A stretch of 34,739 bases of DNA from Bacilli bacterium (lineage in GTDB: Bacteria; Bacillota_I; Bacilli_A; RFN20; CAG-288): positions 1 through 34,739 of the forward strand of contig CAAFJQ010000049.1 of NCBI GenBank assembly GCA_900763245.1. Reading direction: 5' to 3'. A program made the translations under genes and the position numbers. Each line of letters starts with the position of its first letter. Position 1 is the stretch's first letter. This document shows, piece after piece, positions 1 through 8,458 of the stretch. The notes under the pieces were generated by a model. The model saw only the letters and a list, made by a program, of their open reading frames with translations. It did no database searches and was not told the DNA's origin.

Positions 1-37
1 AAATATGCTAAATAGTTTACAATATTGAAGTCGGAGG

Positions 38-3000
38 ATGTCCATCATGAAATTCAAAAACAAGAAGAGCAAAATCATCTTCAAATCCCTGTTGGCATTA
101 GCGTATTTTGCCTGCTGTCTTGTCTTGATCATCGAAGCATCCCTTCCAGGAAAAATCTCTGCTGATCACAGCAATTCTATCGGTAGAGGAATCGCAGACA
201 TCATCAATAACGGAGCCGGGGATCAATCCGTTCTGATCAATCCTACCGGTCTGAAAATCAAAACACCTTCATCGGATACACTCTATGTTTCTAATACCTA
301 TCAATTAGAGACAACAATAAAACCTGAGAACTGCTCTTATAAATCAGTATCCTTCTCAAGCGATGATGAATCTGTTCTTTCCGTCGATGAAAACGGTCTT
401 GTCAAAGCGAATAAAGAAGGAAAAGCAACAGTCACTGCATGGTCTACAAGCTTCACTGAAATCAAAGATAGTTTCACTTTCAATGTCATCAACATCAAAG
501 AGACGGCAATCAAATCCAGATTATCCAATGTCAAGACTGATGATAACGGAGTTTACATATTAGAAGCAAACAGAAACTACAATATCGAAACGACATTCAC
601 ACCGAACAACACAACAGACAAATCGCTTCATTATTCATTTGAAATGGATGGTATTATTGAAAGCGAAATCAGCGATTATCTGACAATTGACGGTTCAACC
701 ATCTATACAAAAAAGAAGACTCCCGAAGGGAAGCAGATCATAATCACTTCTCACTCCAAACTGGATAAGACTTCTTCTTTCAAAGCAAAGATCATTGAAA
801 ACCCCGTTGAAGTCATCCCGCTTGAATCCATTTCCGTAAAAGCCAAAACAAATCCCCAGTACTATCTCGCGGTCAATGAAAGTGTTGACTTCACATCCAA
901 GTTCAGCATTGAATTCTCTCCAGCAAAGGCTACTTACAAGCAATATAAATTAGAGTCTTCTGACACTAGCATCATCAAAATATCCGGCAACAAAATCATC
1001 GGTGTCAAAGAAGGAGAAGCTGAAATCATCGTCTCTTCCACAACCTATGATATTTCTACTTCTATCCGTGTCCAGGTTGCCAAAAGAGAATTGAAAGATA
1101 TCAGAATATCTCTTAACTATCTCTCTGAAGCAAGACTTAAAAAAGGAACAACATCCTATATCAAATATTCATCACCGAATCCGGTCAATTCCGATTGTAT
1201 CTTACAGAGACTATACGACTATAAATCCAGTGATGAAAGCATTCTGAAAGTCGATAACAGCGGCAAGGTCACTGCTATCAATAAGGGAACTGCGACAGTC
1301 ACCATGAACTTCTATCAGACAAGGGAGAACATGGATAAGAGAATCATCGGATTCTCTAAAAGCATCAGCATCACAATATTCGAGCCTTCCACCATCTCCA
1401 ATGTTACATTCACCAACACTTTGGATGAAACCGATGATAATAGTCACATCCTCTATAATGGAAAAGACTATAACTTATCAAACTACATCAAGATCGATAA
1501 GATGTATGATGTATCCGGCAAAGAAATCAATTCTGTAAGAGAAGCCGTCTCCACTTCTTTGACCTATTCAATCACTTCCAAAACGTCAACTGCCGGAGAT
1601 CTAAGTGAAGTCAAGATCAACGGAACAACCCTCTCTACAAAAGGAAATCTCCTTCCTGGTGTCATCACCATCGAATACACCCATCCTGTCTCAATGATCT
1701 CCGACTCTGTGAAATACACCATACTCAACGAAGTCAAACCTACCATTCAAAGAGATGAGGATTCAAGATCCTTAACTGCCGCAAACAAACAAGGAAAAGT
1801 CGATTTCGATGGCAAAGGATATGATATGCTCAGCGATGAGCTTCTCATCTATGTCACATCAGGCGGAACCATATTCTTCGATGAAAATCAGAACTATTCC
1901 TTCCACACTGAGAACATTTCCGTAAACTATGCGACAGTCACCTCTACCACAGACAACTCCATCACATTCCGCGGTGTCGATGAAGGCGGATTCCATCTTC
2001 TCATCACGCCGATGTATGACAACAAAGAAATCACAAGTGCATCAAAACTCATGAACATCTCCGTCCGTCATAAGGTAGCAAAGAGTTTCTCCATTCATCT
2101 CTTCAAAGGAGAGGATGAGATGAACTTATCCGATAAGACAGATGAAGAGGGAAACATCGCATTATCCACGGATGTCGATTCCGTCTTAAAACTTCAGACA
2201 GTCTATAGTCCTTTCTCTATTCCGACCAATTACAGGCTCTCTGTCACCTCAACAGATAAGAAAATCGGTGAATACAAGAATGATAAGTTCCTCTTCCACA
2301 AGATCGGCAAAGTCAGCTTTGAAATCAAAGAAGAAGTATCCGGATACAAAAAGATTCTGACTTTCTATGTCGTCAATCGCATCGAAATCGATGAAGAAGC
2401 ACCGATCACATTGAAACAGGAAAAGGTCTCTTACGACAAAGAGAACAATGTCTATCACATCGAAAACGGCATGCCGGCAAAGATCATCACCAATTTCAAG
2501 AAATCATCCACCTATAAGACAGTCACATATAAGAGCTCGAACACCGAAATCCTAAAAGTCGGAAACGATGGAAATATCACTCCCTTAAAAGCGGGCAATG
2601 CAGATATCACCTGCAAAGTGAATGATAATAACACCATCAACTTCTCCCTTAAGATACATATAGTCGTCGATAAAAAGAGTCTGATCAACAACATGTCTTC
2701 CTTCTTATACAAAATCAGAAAAGGATTAGGTCACTTCGGTGCCTTCCTTATCACTGCAGTCTTCTCTTCTTTGTTCTATCTGTTCTTCTTCGATGATAAA
2801 ACAAACTGGTTCTTCTCCGTTCCATTCATCTTCTTACAAGGTTTCTTCTTAGCTGAACTGACAGAGTTCATTCAGTTATTCACACCGGGAAGAAGCGGAT
2901 TGTTCAGCGATGTCCTGATCGACTTTACCGGTTTTGCAATCGGTGCCGGCATCACGCTTCTCATCGTCCTTATCTACTATATTGTCATCTATCTATTGAA

Positions 3001-3040
3001 GAAATACGGAAAGAAAAAAGATACTGACGAAACCAAGTAA
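38..3040 (+). CDS. Large membrane-anchored surface protein with an N-terminal signal anchor, several bacterial Ig-like (Big_2-type) repeats and a C-terminal VanZ-like polytopic membrane domain
   Basis: 1000-aa ORF. The SD GGAGG at 33-37 abuts the ATG at 38, so the in-frame ATG at 47 (MKFKNKKSK..., 9-nt spacing) is the more likely start. There is an N-terminal hydrophobic segment, LLALAYFACCLVLII. Four recognisable Big_2-like modules are SSDDESVLSVDENGLVKANKEGKATVTA, SSDTSIIKISGNKIIGVKEGEAEIIV, SSDESILKVDNSGKVTAINKGTATVTM and SSNTEILKVGNDGNITPLKAGNADITC. The last ~110 aa (LGHFGAFL...LAELTEFIQLFTPGRSGLFSDVLIDFTGFAIGAG) fit the VanZ-like family pattern and contain several TM helices. Confidence 0.7.
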   Translation: MSIMKFKNKKSKIIFKSLLALAYFACCLVLIIEASLPGKISADHSNSIGRGIADIINNGAGDQSVLINPTGLKIKTPSSDTLYVSNTYQLETTIKPENCSYKSVSFSSDDESVLSVDENGLVKANKEGKATVTAWSTSFTEIKDSFTFNVINIKETAIKSRLSNVKTDDNGVYILEANRNYNIETTFTPNNTTDKSLHYSFEMDGIIESEISDYLTIDGSTIYTKKKTPEGKQIIITSHSKLDKTSSFKAKIIENPVEVIPLESISVKAKTNPQYYLAVNESVDFTSKFSIEFSPAKATYKQYKLESSDTSIIKISGNKIIGVKEGEAEIIVSSTTYDISTSIRVQVAKRELKDIRISLNYLSEARLKKGTTSYIKYSSPNPVNSDCILQRLYDYKSSDESILKVDNSGKVTAINKGTATVTMNFYQTRENMDKRIIGFSKSISITIFEPSTISNVTFTNTLDETDDNSHILYNGKDYNLSNYIKIDKMYDVSGKEINSVREAVSTSLTYSITSKTSTAGDLSEVKINGTTLSTKGNLLPGVITIEYTHPVSMISDSVKYTILNEVKPTIQRDEDSRSLTAANKQGKVDFDGKGYDMLSDELLIYVTSGGTIFFDENQNYSFHTENISVNYATVTSTTDNSITFRGVDEGGFHLLITPMYDNKEITSASKLMNISVRHKVAKSFSIHLFKGEDEMNLSDKTDEEGNIALSTDVDSVLKLQTVYSPFSIPTNYRLSVTSTDKKIGEYKNDKFLFHKIGKVSFEIKEEVSGYKKILTFYVVNRIEIDEEAPITLKQEKVSYDKENNVYHIENGMPAKIITNFKKSSTYKTVTYKSSNTEILKVGNDGNITPLKAGNADITCKVNDNNTINFSLKIHIVVDKKSLINNMSSFLYKIRKGLGHFGAFLITAVFSSLFYLFFFDDKTNWFFSVPFIFLQGFFLAELTEFIQLFTPGRSGLFSDVLIDFTGFAIGAGITLLIVLIYYIVIYLLKKYGKKKDTDETK

Positions 3041-3044
3041 AACA

Positions 3045-3080
3045 AATCAGCAGCACTGAATACAGTGTTGCTGATTTTTG
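3045..3080. terminator. Bidirectional rho-independent terminator between the surface-protein gene and the rloB-like gene
   Basis: Stem AATCAGCAGCAC (3045-3056) pairs with GTGTTGCTGATT (3065-3076) with one G:U pair and an 8-nt loop. TTTTG follows on the + strand and TTTGTTTT on the - strand. Confidence 0.75.
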
Positions 3081-3149
3081 ATATGCAATCTACTTAAAAT
3101 CCAGTTATGTCAGTAAAGATGCTTTGTCCTGTAACTAAGAATTCATCTA

Positions 3150-3790
3150 TCATTTTCGATGTTTGACTACTTTTCCGACTAATTCATGTAATGTAGATGC
3201 CGGGCAATAATTGGACGGCTTTTTGACGTCGGACTTTTTGATAGATGAAATCAAAGTCTTTAATGACAACACAAGAGCCTTATCTTCATCTCCAGTAGTC
3301 AAAAGAATAGTGTAGATAGAAGAATCGTTTTTCTTATATTCTTTTCCAGTAATTCTTTTAAAATCCCTTTTGAATGCTTCTATGCATTTTATCGCCTCTT
3401 CATTATTGGGCATTTTTCCATAATAAGCATGGAAGAATATTTCAATGCACGGGTTAGACCATGCTACATGAATTCCCTTAGCAGTTGCTTTTGAAATAAT
3501 CATGTCAAAATCTTCAGGTCGGTTATCGCAATCAAAAACAATCCAAGGTTCCCTGATTGTTGCATCTTCACGCAATAAGCGAAGTGTTGTTTCTATCAAG
3601 TCCTGTGTATTGATTTTACCAACAACTTTTATGCTTATTTTTTCTGTAGTTCAGGTTCAAACGAACTCCTCAATCCATTGAAAAAGTTTGTTTCAGTTTC
3701 ATCGCCATCAGTGACAATCAAAAGGTTTTCGAATAATTGTCTTCTGACTCCGATGCGACGTTTGTTTTTTCCTGCTTTTCCAATAGACAT
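3150..3790 (-). pseudogene. RloB-like (AbiLii-like, Toprim-type) protein gene interrupted by a 1-nt frameshift in an A6 run
   Basis: The N-terminal piece starts at ATG 3790, 7 nt after the ATPase stop. It reads MSIGKAGKNKRRIGVRRQLFENLLIVTDGDETETNFFNGLRSSFEPELQKK and stops at TAA 3635-3637. The 149-aa ORF 3150-3599 continues in the -1 frame and is open back to 3650 (...TEKISIKVVGKINTQDLIETTLRLL...). It contains WIVFDCDN and WSNPCIEIFFHAYYG, which match the RloB hallmarks (CEGxxTE-like, DxD, SNPCFE). Adding one A to the A6 run (T6 on the + strand, 3638-3643) gives one continuous ORF of ~213 aa. Confidence 0.8.
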
Positions 3791-3796
3791 AGACAA

Positions 3797-5071
3797 TCAA
3801 TTCCCTTTCTTTGCAAAATCAATGACATCCAAGGAAGGAATGCCATCGTATTTTCCTAACAGATAATTTTTTTCAAAGTCTTCATCTTGTCGGATTTTCG
3901 AACCATTTTCATCCGTAAATTCAGCCAGTGAATAAAGAGAGGATATGCCTGTTTCATTATCTTTATTAGTGAAGTATATTTCATCTCTTCTCAATAATCT
4001 GGAACGAAGTATCCAAGGTTCATGACATGTAAAAACAAGTTGTGCATTATTCGGATTTCTGTCTTTGTCTAGGAAAAGAAGCATTATATTTCTTAAAAGC
4101 AATGGATGCAATCTTGCATTCAGCTCATCAATAAACAAAAACGCCCCTGTTTTAATGATCTGATACAAATCATTGAACAGCAAAAACATCTTTTGTGTGC
4201 CTGCTGATTCCTCTTCCATTTTAAATATGACCTCTTTACCTTGTGAAGTGACATGAACAGTATTCACACGATACTTTTTTGTCCCATCCTTTTCAGTCAT
4301 TATTTCTTCTATAATAAGATCTTTGATTGAAGGTTCAAATGTCTGTAAAAATGACACGCATTCATTTTTGACCTTGTCATTTTCGACAATGCAAGAGGGA
4401 ATCTTATGATCGTAGTAAATGATTTCGTAGAGATTTGCAAAATCATCAACTCTGGACAAAGAGAAAAAATCAAATATGATTTTAAATATATCGACATTCA
4501 GTTTTGCCCCAAGAGAAAGGACCAACGTCTGAGGCGATGTTGAAGTTTCAAGTGTCGCCTTCAGAGCCGGATCCATTTTAAGAATACCGATCTTAATCAT
4601 ATCTGAATCTCGATACAATAAAACTTTCGAGTTTGATTTCTCACTCTTCGGAAGCTGGTAAAGCCATTCATTTTCTATTTTATGATTCAAAACGGAGAAA
4701 CCATATTGGAGCATCACGCTTTTCCCATTGATAACTGCATTCAATACAATCTCAAATGATGATGGTTTCATTTTAGATTCATCATCTAATCTAAAAGATA
4801 CCGGATTTGCAAAAAAAGATTCGGAATCCGGCTCAGCATTAGAATCAAAATTGACAGAAGAACAAACTATATATCTCATATAACGAAAAGCACGATAAAC
4901 AAAAGACTTGCCGCTTCCATTGGCACCGAAAATGACATTGACCGGTAAAATCTTGTTGCCATCGATAACACGAACCTGCTCTTTATATTCAGAATAAGAA
5001 GTCGCTTCTAAATTCAAACTGGTTTCATTCTTAAATGGTCCGTAATTGCTGAAATTAAATTGTAAAAGCAT
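3797..5071 (-). CDS. ABC-type AAA ATPase (AAA_15/AAA_21-like), AbiLi-like partner of the RloB-like protein
   Basis: 424-aa ORF. Walker A is GANGSGKS, Walker B with the typical LHP is FLFIDELNARLHPLL, the signature-like stretch is ESAGTQKMF, and the H-loop region is VFTCHEPWIL. SD GGGAGG at 5076-5081. The rloB-like ORF follows 7 nt downstream. Confidence 0.8.
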   Translation of the reverse strand: MLLQFNFSNYGPFKNETSLNLEATSYSEYKEQVRVIDGNKILPVNVIFGANGSGKSFVYRAFRYMRYIVCSSVNFDSNAEPDSESFFANPVSFRLDDESKMKPSSFEIVLNAVINGKSVMLQYGFSVLNHKIENEWLYQLPKSEKSNSKVLLYRDSDMIKIGILKMDPALKATLETSTSPQTLVLSLGAKLNVDIFKIIFDFFSLSRVDDFANLYEIIYYDHKIPSCIVENDKVKNECVSFLQTFEPSIKDLIIEEIMTEKDGTKKYRVNTVHVTSQGKEVIFKMEEESAGTQKMFLLFNDLYQIIKTGAFLFIDELNARLHPLLLRNIMLLFLDKDRNPNNAQLVFTCHEPWILRSRLLRRDEIYFTNKDNETGISSLYSLAEFTDENGSKIRQDEDFEKNYLLGKYDGIPSLDVIDFAKKGN

Positions 5072-5091
5072 ACATCCTCCCTAGTGAGTAG

Positions 5092-5100
5092 ATTATATCA
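5092..5100 (-). promoter_or_regulatory. Extended -10 promoter element (TGATATAAT) for the ATPase/RloB pair
   Basis: The - strand reads AAATATGATATAATCTACTCACTAGGGAGGATGTATG. The TGnTATAAT box lies ~20 nt upstream of the start codon. No good -35 is visible. Confidence 0.55.
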
Positions 5101-5190
5101 TATTTTCCTAAAATTTGAGACATTTTCTCAAAAGCAAGGAAAGAAATTCGAGTTAACATGATTTTTTGCTCTGATTTTGATGAAAAACTG

Positions 5191-5234
5191 AAAAAAGCCA
5201 TCACAGCAATCAATTGTGAAAGTCAGTGATGGCT
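5191..5234 (-). terminator. Rho-independent terminator of the SPFH gene
   Basis: On the - strand AGCCATCAC, a 21-nt loop and GTGATGGCT are followed by TTTTTT (A-run 5191-5196 on +). The loop is long, so the terminator is of moderate quality. Confidence 0.6.
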
Positions 5235-5250
5235 ACGCTTGTTTTCTTAA

Positions 5251-6315
5251 TTACGGATGCGGTTCAAAGACATGAGGAACATTTTCAAGACGTTTGTCTT
5301 TCTTCTTCGTATCTTGGTTTTCTTCTTTGACTTCGACTTTTTCTTCTTTCTTCTCAACAGGCTTTTCTTCTACCGCCTTTTCTTCTCTTAAGCATTCTTT
5401 TCCGGCTACAAGGTAGCTGGAAAGATCCTGCAAAGAAGAAGGAACGATGATCTTTGTCGCTTTTCCGTCTGCGACCTTTTCCAAGGTTTCAAAGGAACGG
5501 AGTGACAAAGCTTCTTTAGAAGGCTCAGATTCATTGATCAGGCGAATACCTTTGGCTTCAGCCTCACGGATCATCAGTTCACCGTCAGCCTGAGCTTTCT
5601 TGACCTTAAGGATGGATTCCGCTTCTGCTTCAGCGGCTTTGATCTTCGCCTGTTTTTCAGCTTCTGCATTCAGAATCATCGACTCTTTCTTACCTTCGGC
5701 AATCGTGATGGCGGAAGTCTTTTCACCTTCTGCAATCAAAATCTTTTCTCTCTTTTCACGCTCTGCTCTCATCTGCTTTTCCATCGCTTCCTGGATGTCT
5801 CTGGGAGGAAGGATGTTCTTGACTTCGACACGGGTCACTTTGATTCCCCAAGGATCTGTCGCTTCATCAAGAATGTTTCTCATCTTGTTGTTGATGATGT
5901 CACGGCTGGTGAGCGTGTCATCAAGATCCAAATCACCGATGATATTTCTTAAAGTTGTAGAGGAGAGCGCCTGAATACCGGCGATAGGATCTTCGACACC
6001 GTATGCGTAAAGCTTTGCATCAGTGACATAGAAGAAGACAACCGTATCGATCTGCATTGTGACGTTATCTTTGGTGATGACAGGCTGCGGCGGAAAATCA
6101 TAGATCTGCTCTTTCAGAGAGACTCTCTTTGCAACGCGGTCAAAAACCGGAACAAGATAATGAATTCCGACATCCCATACAGCACGGAACGTACCTAATC
6201 TTTCGACGACGAACTGTTCGGTCTGTCTGACAATTCTGATTCCGCTTAAGCAGATGATCAGAAGGATAAAAGCAATGATGCCAAACACTAAACCGATAAT
6301 GGCTGGTGTATCCAT
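5251..6315 (-). CDS. SPFH/Band 7 (stomatin/prohibitin-like) membrane protein with a charged C-terminal extension
   Basis: 354-aa ORF with an N-terminal TM segment (GLVFGIIAFILLIICL). IRIVRQTEQFVVERLGTFRAVWDVGIHYLVPVFDRV follows, then an A/E/K-rich coiled region, both typical of SPFH proteins. SD AAGGGGG lies upstream. Confidence 0.8.
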   Translation of the reverse strand: MDTPAIIGLVFGIIAFILLIICLSGIRIVRQTEQFVVERLGTFRAVWDVGIHYLVPVFDRVAKRVSLKEQIYDFPPQPVITKDNVTMQIDTVVFFYVTDAKLYAYGVEDPIAGIQALSSTTLRNIIGDLDLDDTLTSRDIINNKMRNILDEATDPWGIKVTRVEVKNILPPRDIQEAMEKQMRAEREKREKILIAEGEKTSAITIAEGKKESMILNAEAEKQAKIKAAEAEAESILKVKKAQADGELMIREAEAKGIRLINESEPSKEALSLRSFETLEKVADGKATKIIVPSSLQDLSSYLVAGKECLREEKAVEEKPVEKKEEKVEVKEENQDTKKKDKRLENVPHVFEPHP

Positions 6316-6383
6316 AAAAATAGCCCCCTTAGTGAATTTATTTTATAACAGGACACATAGAAAAGTATAGAAAATTTATCGAT

Positions 6384-7904
6384 TCAGAAGGCGCGCTTTT
6401 CGATCTTTGCAAGTTTTGTCTTGCCTTTCTGACCGATTTCTTTTTCACTCATCAGGCTTGCCTTATCAAATAGGTTTTCACTGACTGAATAGGTTTCCAT
6501 GAATTCCGGCTGATATTTGGATTTGATCTCTTTGATTTCAGACATCGGTAAAGAAGAATAATCCCCTGTGTATTCGCTGTTGTCATTCAAAACAGAAATA
6601 GGAAGATGAGAAGAGGACAATGTATCATAGTCCGCTAAGGAATAAGAGAAAGGAGAAGAAGAATCTTTCTTTGTCTTATAACAGAGCATCAGGGACGGAT
6701 TCTCAATCTGATAGATCGAATTCAGTTTTGCAAACAATGATGTTGCTTCTTTAATGCTGTCTGTATTCATCAAAGCGGTCGTATACATATCAGCAAGAGC
6801 AGAATCATTGATAAGAACAGAGACCTGATCAAAGAAGGAAGAAGAATATCCGGTCTTTCCGTTCAGAATATGCATTCTTCTTAAAAACTGAGAAGAGGAA
6901 TCATCATATTCATAGAAGTACTGGTTGTAATAACCGGAGGTAGAGAGGTCAAAGTCTCCATCGATTTCAATCTTGACTTCGTTTCTATAATACGGGTTTT
7001 CCCTGCTTAAAGCTTTTTCATAATAGGACGGATTATCATATCTGATCTTCCACGCTTTTTTATCCGGTCTTGTTCCGATGGCTTTGATGGAAGAGAAGCC
7101 AGAATTGATTAGAAATGAAATATTCGGATATTTTTCTTTCAATGAATCTGCGATGTATTCGGTTGCAAATCCTTTAGCGTTTCCACCTAATGAAATCTTT
7201 AATATATCAGCTTTTTCATAGCGGTGGAAAATCACAGATTTTTTCCTGTCATCAAAGGTCAGAATATTTTCCATCTCTTGTTTTGTAGTCGGAATTGTCT
7301 TAACAATGGTATCAATTCTATTCTTTTCTTCATCATTGAAGGAAGAGAAGACCAAATCAGTAGAATACTGAAGGACAGCATCCAATGTCTTCTTGTTTTT
7401 CTCTTCTCTGACCTCTCCTAATTTTTCTTCATAGATGTCATTGAGAGTACCTAAAAAGATATTGAACTTCCCATCGCTGTTGATCATAAAATCATAGCTT
7501 GTCTTTAAAAGATCATATAAGAAGGGGTGAAGCAAAATCTCTTTCTCTTCTCCGTAGCTGTCGTTGATAGTCTTGATATTGTTTAAAAGCGCAGTCTCAT
7601 CATTTCCTTTATAGTAAGAATAATGACGGTCAGAAAGAGCATGATACAAAGTGAAATCATTCTTGAACGTATCTTCGATATCCTTGATCTGTTCTTCTGT
7701 ATAATCAGAAGAATGATAATAAAGACTTCCAGTTATCGAGGTATCAAAAGGAGAGACAAAATCAGATCCGATGACTCGGATTTCACCGGACCCCGCATAG
7801 ATCGAAGGCACCTGTATGGTATCTATCATCTCCTGATTTCCGCATGAGACAAGAGAAAGAAGCGGAAGAACAATCAATGGAACAATTCTTTTTTTATCTG
7901 TCAT
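6384..7904 (-). CDS. apbE: ApbE-family FAD:protein FMN transferase lipoprotein (unusually long form)
   Basis: 506-aa ORF with lipobox LLSLVSC|G. ApbE-like motifs appear in order: DGKFNIFLGTLNDIY, LGGNAKGFATEYIADSL, INSGFSSIKAIG, WKIRYDNP, LSTSGYYNQYF, HILNGKTGY and ADMYTTALM. SD GAGGTG lies upstream. Confidence 0.7.
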   Translation of the reverse strand: MTDKKRIVPLIVLPLLSLVSCGNQEMIDTIQVPSIYAGSGEIRVIGSDFVSPFDTSITGSLYYHSSDYTEEQIKDIEDTFKNDFTLYHALSDRHYSYYKGNDETALLNNIKTINDSYGEEKEILLHPFLYDLLKTSYDFMINSDGKFNIFLGTLNDIYEEKLGEVREEKNKKTLDAVLQYSTDLVFSSFNDEEKNRIDTIVKTIPTTKQEMENILTFDDRKKSVIFHRYEKADILKISLGGNAKGFATEYIADSLKEKYPNISFLINSGFSSIKAIGTRPDKKAWKIRYDNPSYYEKALSRENPYYRNEVKIEIDGDFDLSTSGYYNQYFYEYDDSSSQFLRRMHILNGKTGYSSSFFDQVSVLINDSALADMYTTALMNTDSIKEATSLFAKLNSIYQIENPSLMLCYKTKKDSSSPFSYSLADYDTLSSSHLPISVLNDNSEYTGDYSSLPMSEIKEIKSKYQPEFMETYSVSENLFDKASLMSEKEIGQKGKTKLAKIEKRAF

Positions 7905-7961
7905 GATTCACCTCAAAAGAAACACTATCAAGAATTATATCAATTTAATCATCTGAAAAGG

Positions 7962-7967
7962 TATAAT
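7962..7967 (+). promoter_or_regulatory. -10 box (TATAAT) 8 nt upstream of the ATG at 7976, candidate leaderless promoter
   Basis: AAAAGGTATAATATTTCAACATG. There is no SD between the box and the ATG. The -35 is poor. Confidence 0.45.
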
Positions 7968-7975
7968 ATTTCAAC

Positions 7976-8458
7976 ATGGAAAACGAAAAGAAAGAGAATG
8001 TCTTACCGCCTTTTCAGCCTAAAAAGGATATTCCGCTCCTTTCTTTTTTGCTGATTGTTGTCATATCAATCATCACTTCCACTTTTCTCCTTCTCCCAAA
8101 AGGAAATAAAAAGTATGTCAACATACAGTACAGCAATCAACTTTTATGGGAGAAGGAAGACAAAGACAAGAAGACTGAAATCTCTTTTCCCGACAAAGGA
8201 GAAAAAAGAATCACTTTCAGAAATGAGGACGGGAACCTCTATGGAATAGAAGAAGGCTTTTCTTTTATCGATGGCGAAATCACATTGACACTATATGCCG
8301 ACTATTCCATTCAGATCAAGAAAGAAGATGTCTTCTGCAACGATCACACCTGCAGCAAGTTAGGAAGAATCTATACCTCATATACCCCATTAGTCTGTCT
8401 TCCCAATCACTTCCAGGCCATGATTGTCACTGATCAATATCCGGAGTTTGACGCATGA
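7976..8458 (+). CDS. NusG domain II-containing membrane-anchored protein
   Basis: 160-aa ORF with an N-terminal TM segment (LLSFLLIVVISIITSTFLLL). The C-terminal part (ITLTLYADYSIQIKKEDVFCNDHTCSKLGRIYTSYTPLVCLPNHFQAMIV) matches the NusG_II pattern. Its stop overlaps the next start (ATGA), and the next gene is its usual partner, a Gx transporter. Confidence 0.7.
   Translation: MENEKKENVLPPFQPKKDIPLLSFLLIVVISIITSTFLLLPKGNKKYVNIQYSNQLLWEKEDKDKKTEISFPDKGEKRITFRNEDGNLYGIEEGFSFIDGEITLTLYADYSIQIKKEDVFCNDHTCSKLGRIYTSYTPLVCLPNHFQAMIVTDQYPEFDA

Noticed and set aside
3678-3866. A 62-aa + strand ORF between the ATPase and the RloB fragments
   Set aside because: It lies opposite the N-terminal RloB fragment and the end of the ATPase gene. 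The - strand reading gives the conserved Toprim-like motif, so the + ORF is spurious.
5600-5974. A 124-aa + strand ORF opposite the SPFH gene
   Set aside because: It is antisense to the A/E/K-rich coiled-coil coding region, which naturally lacks stops on the other strand. There is no independent support for it.
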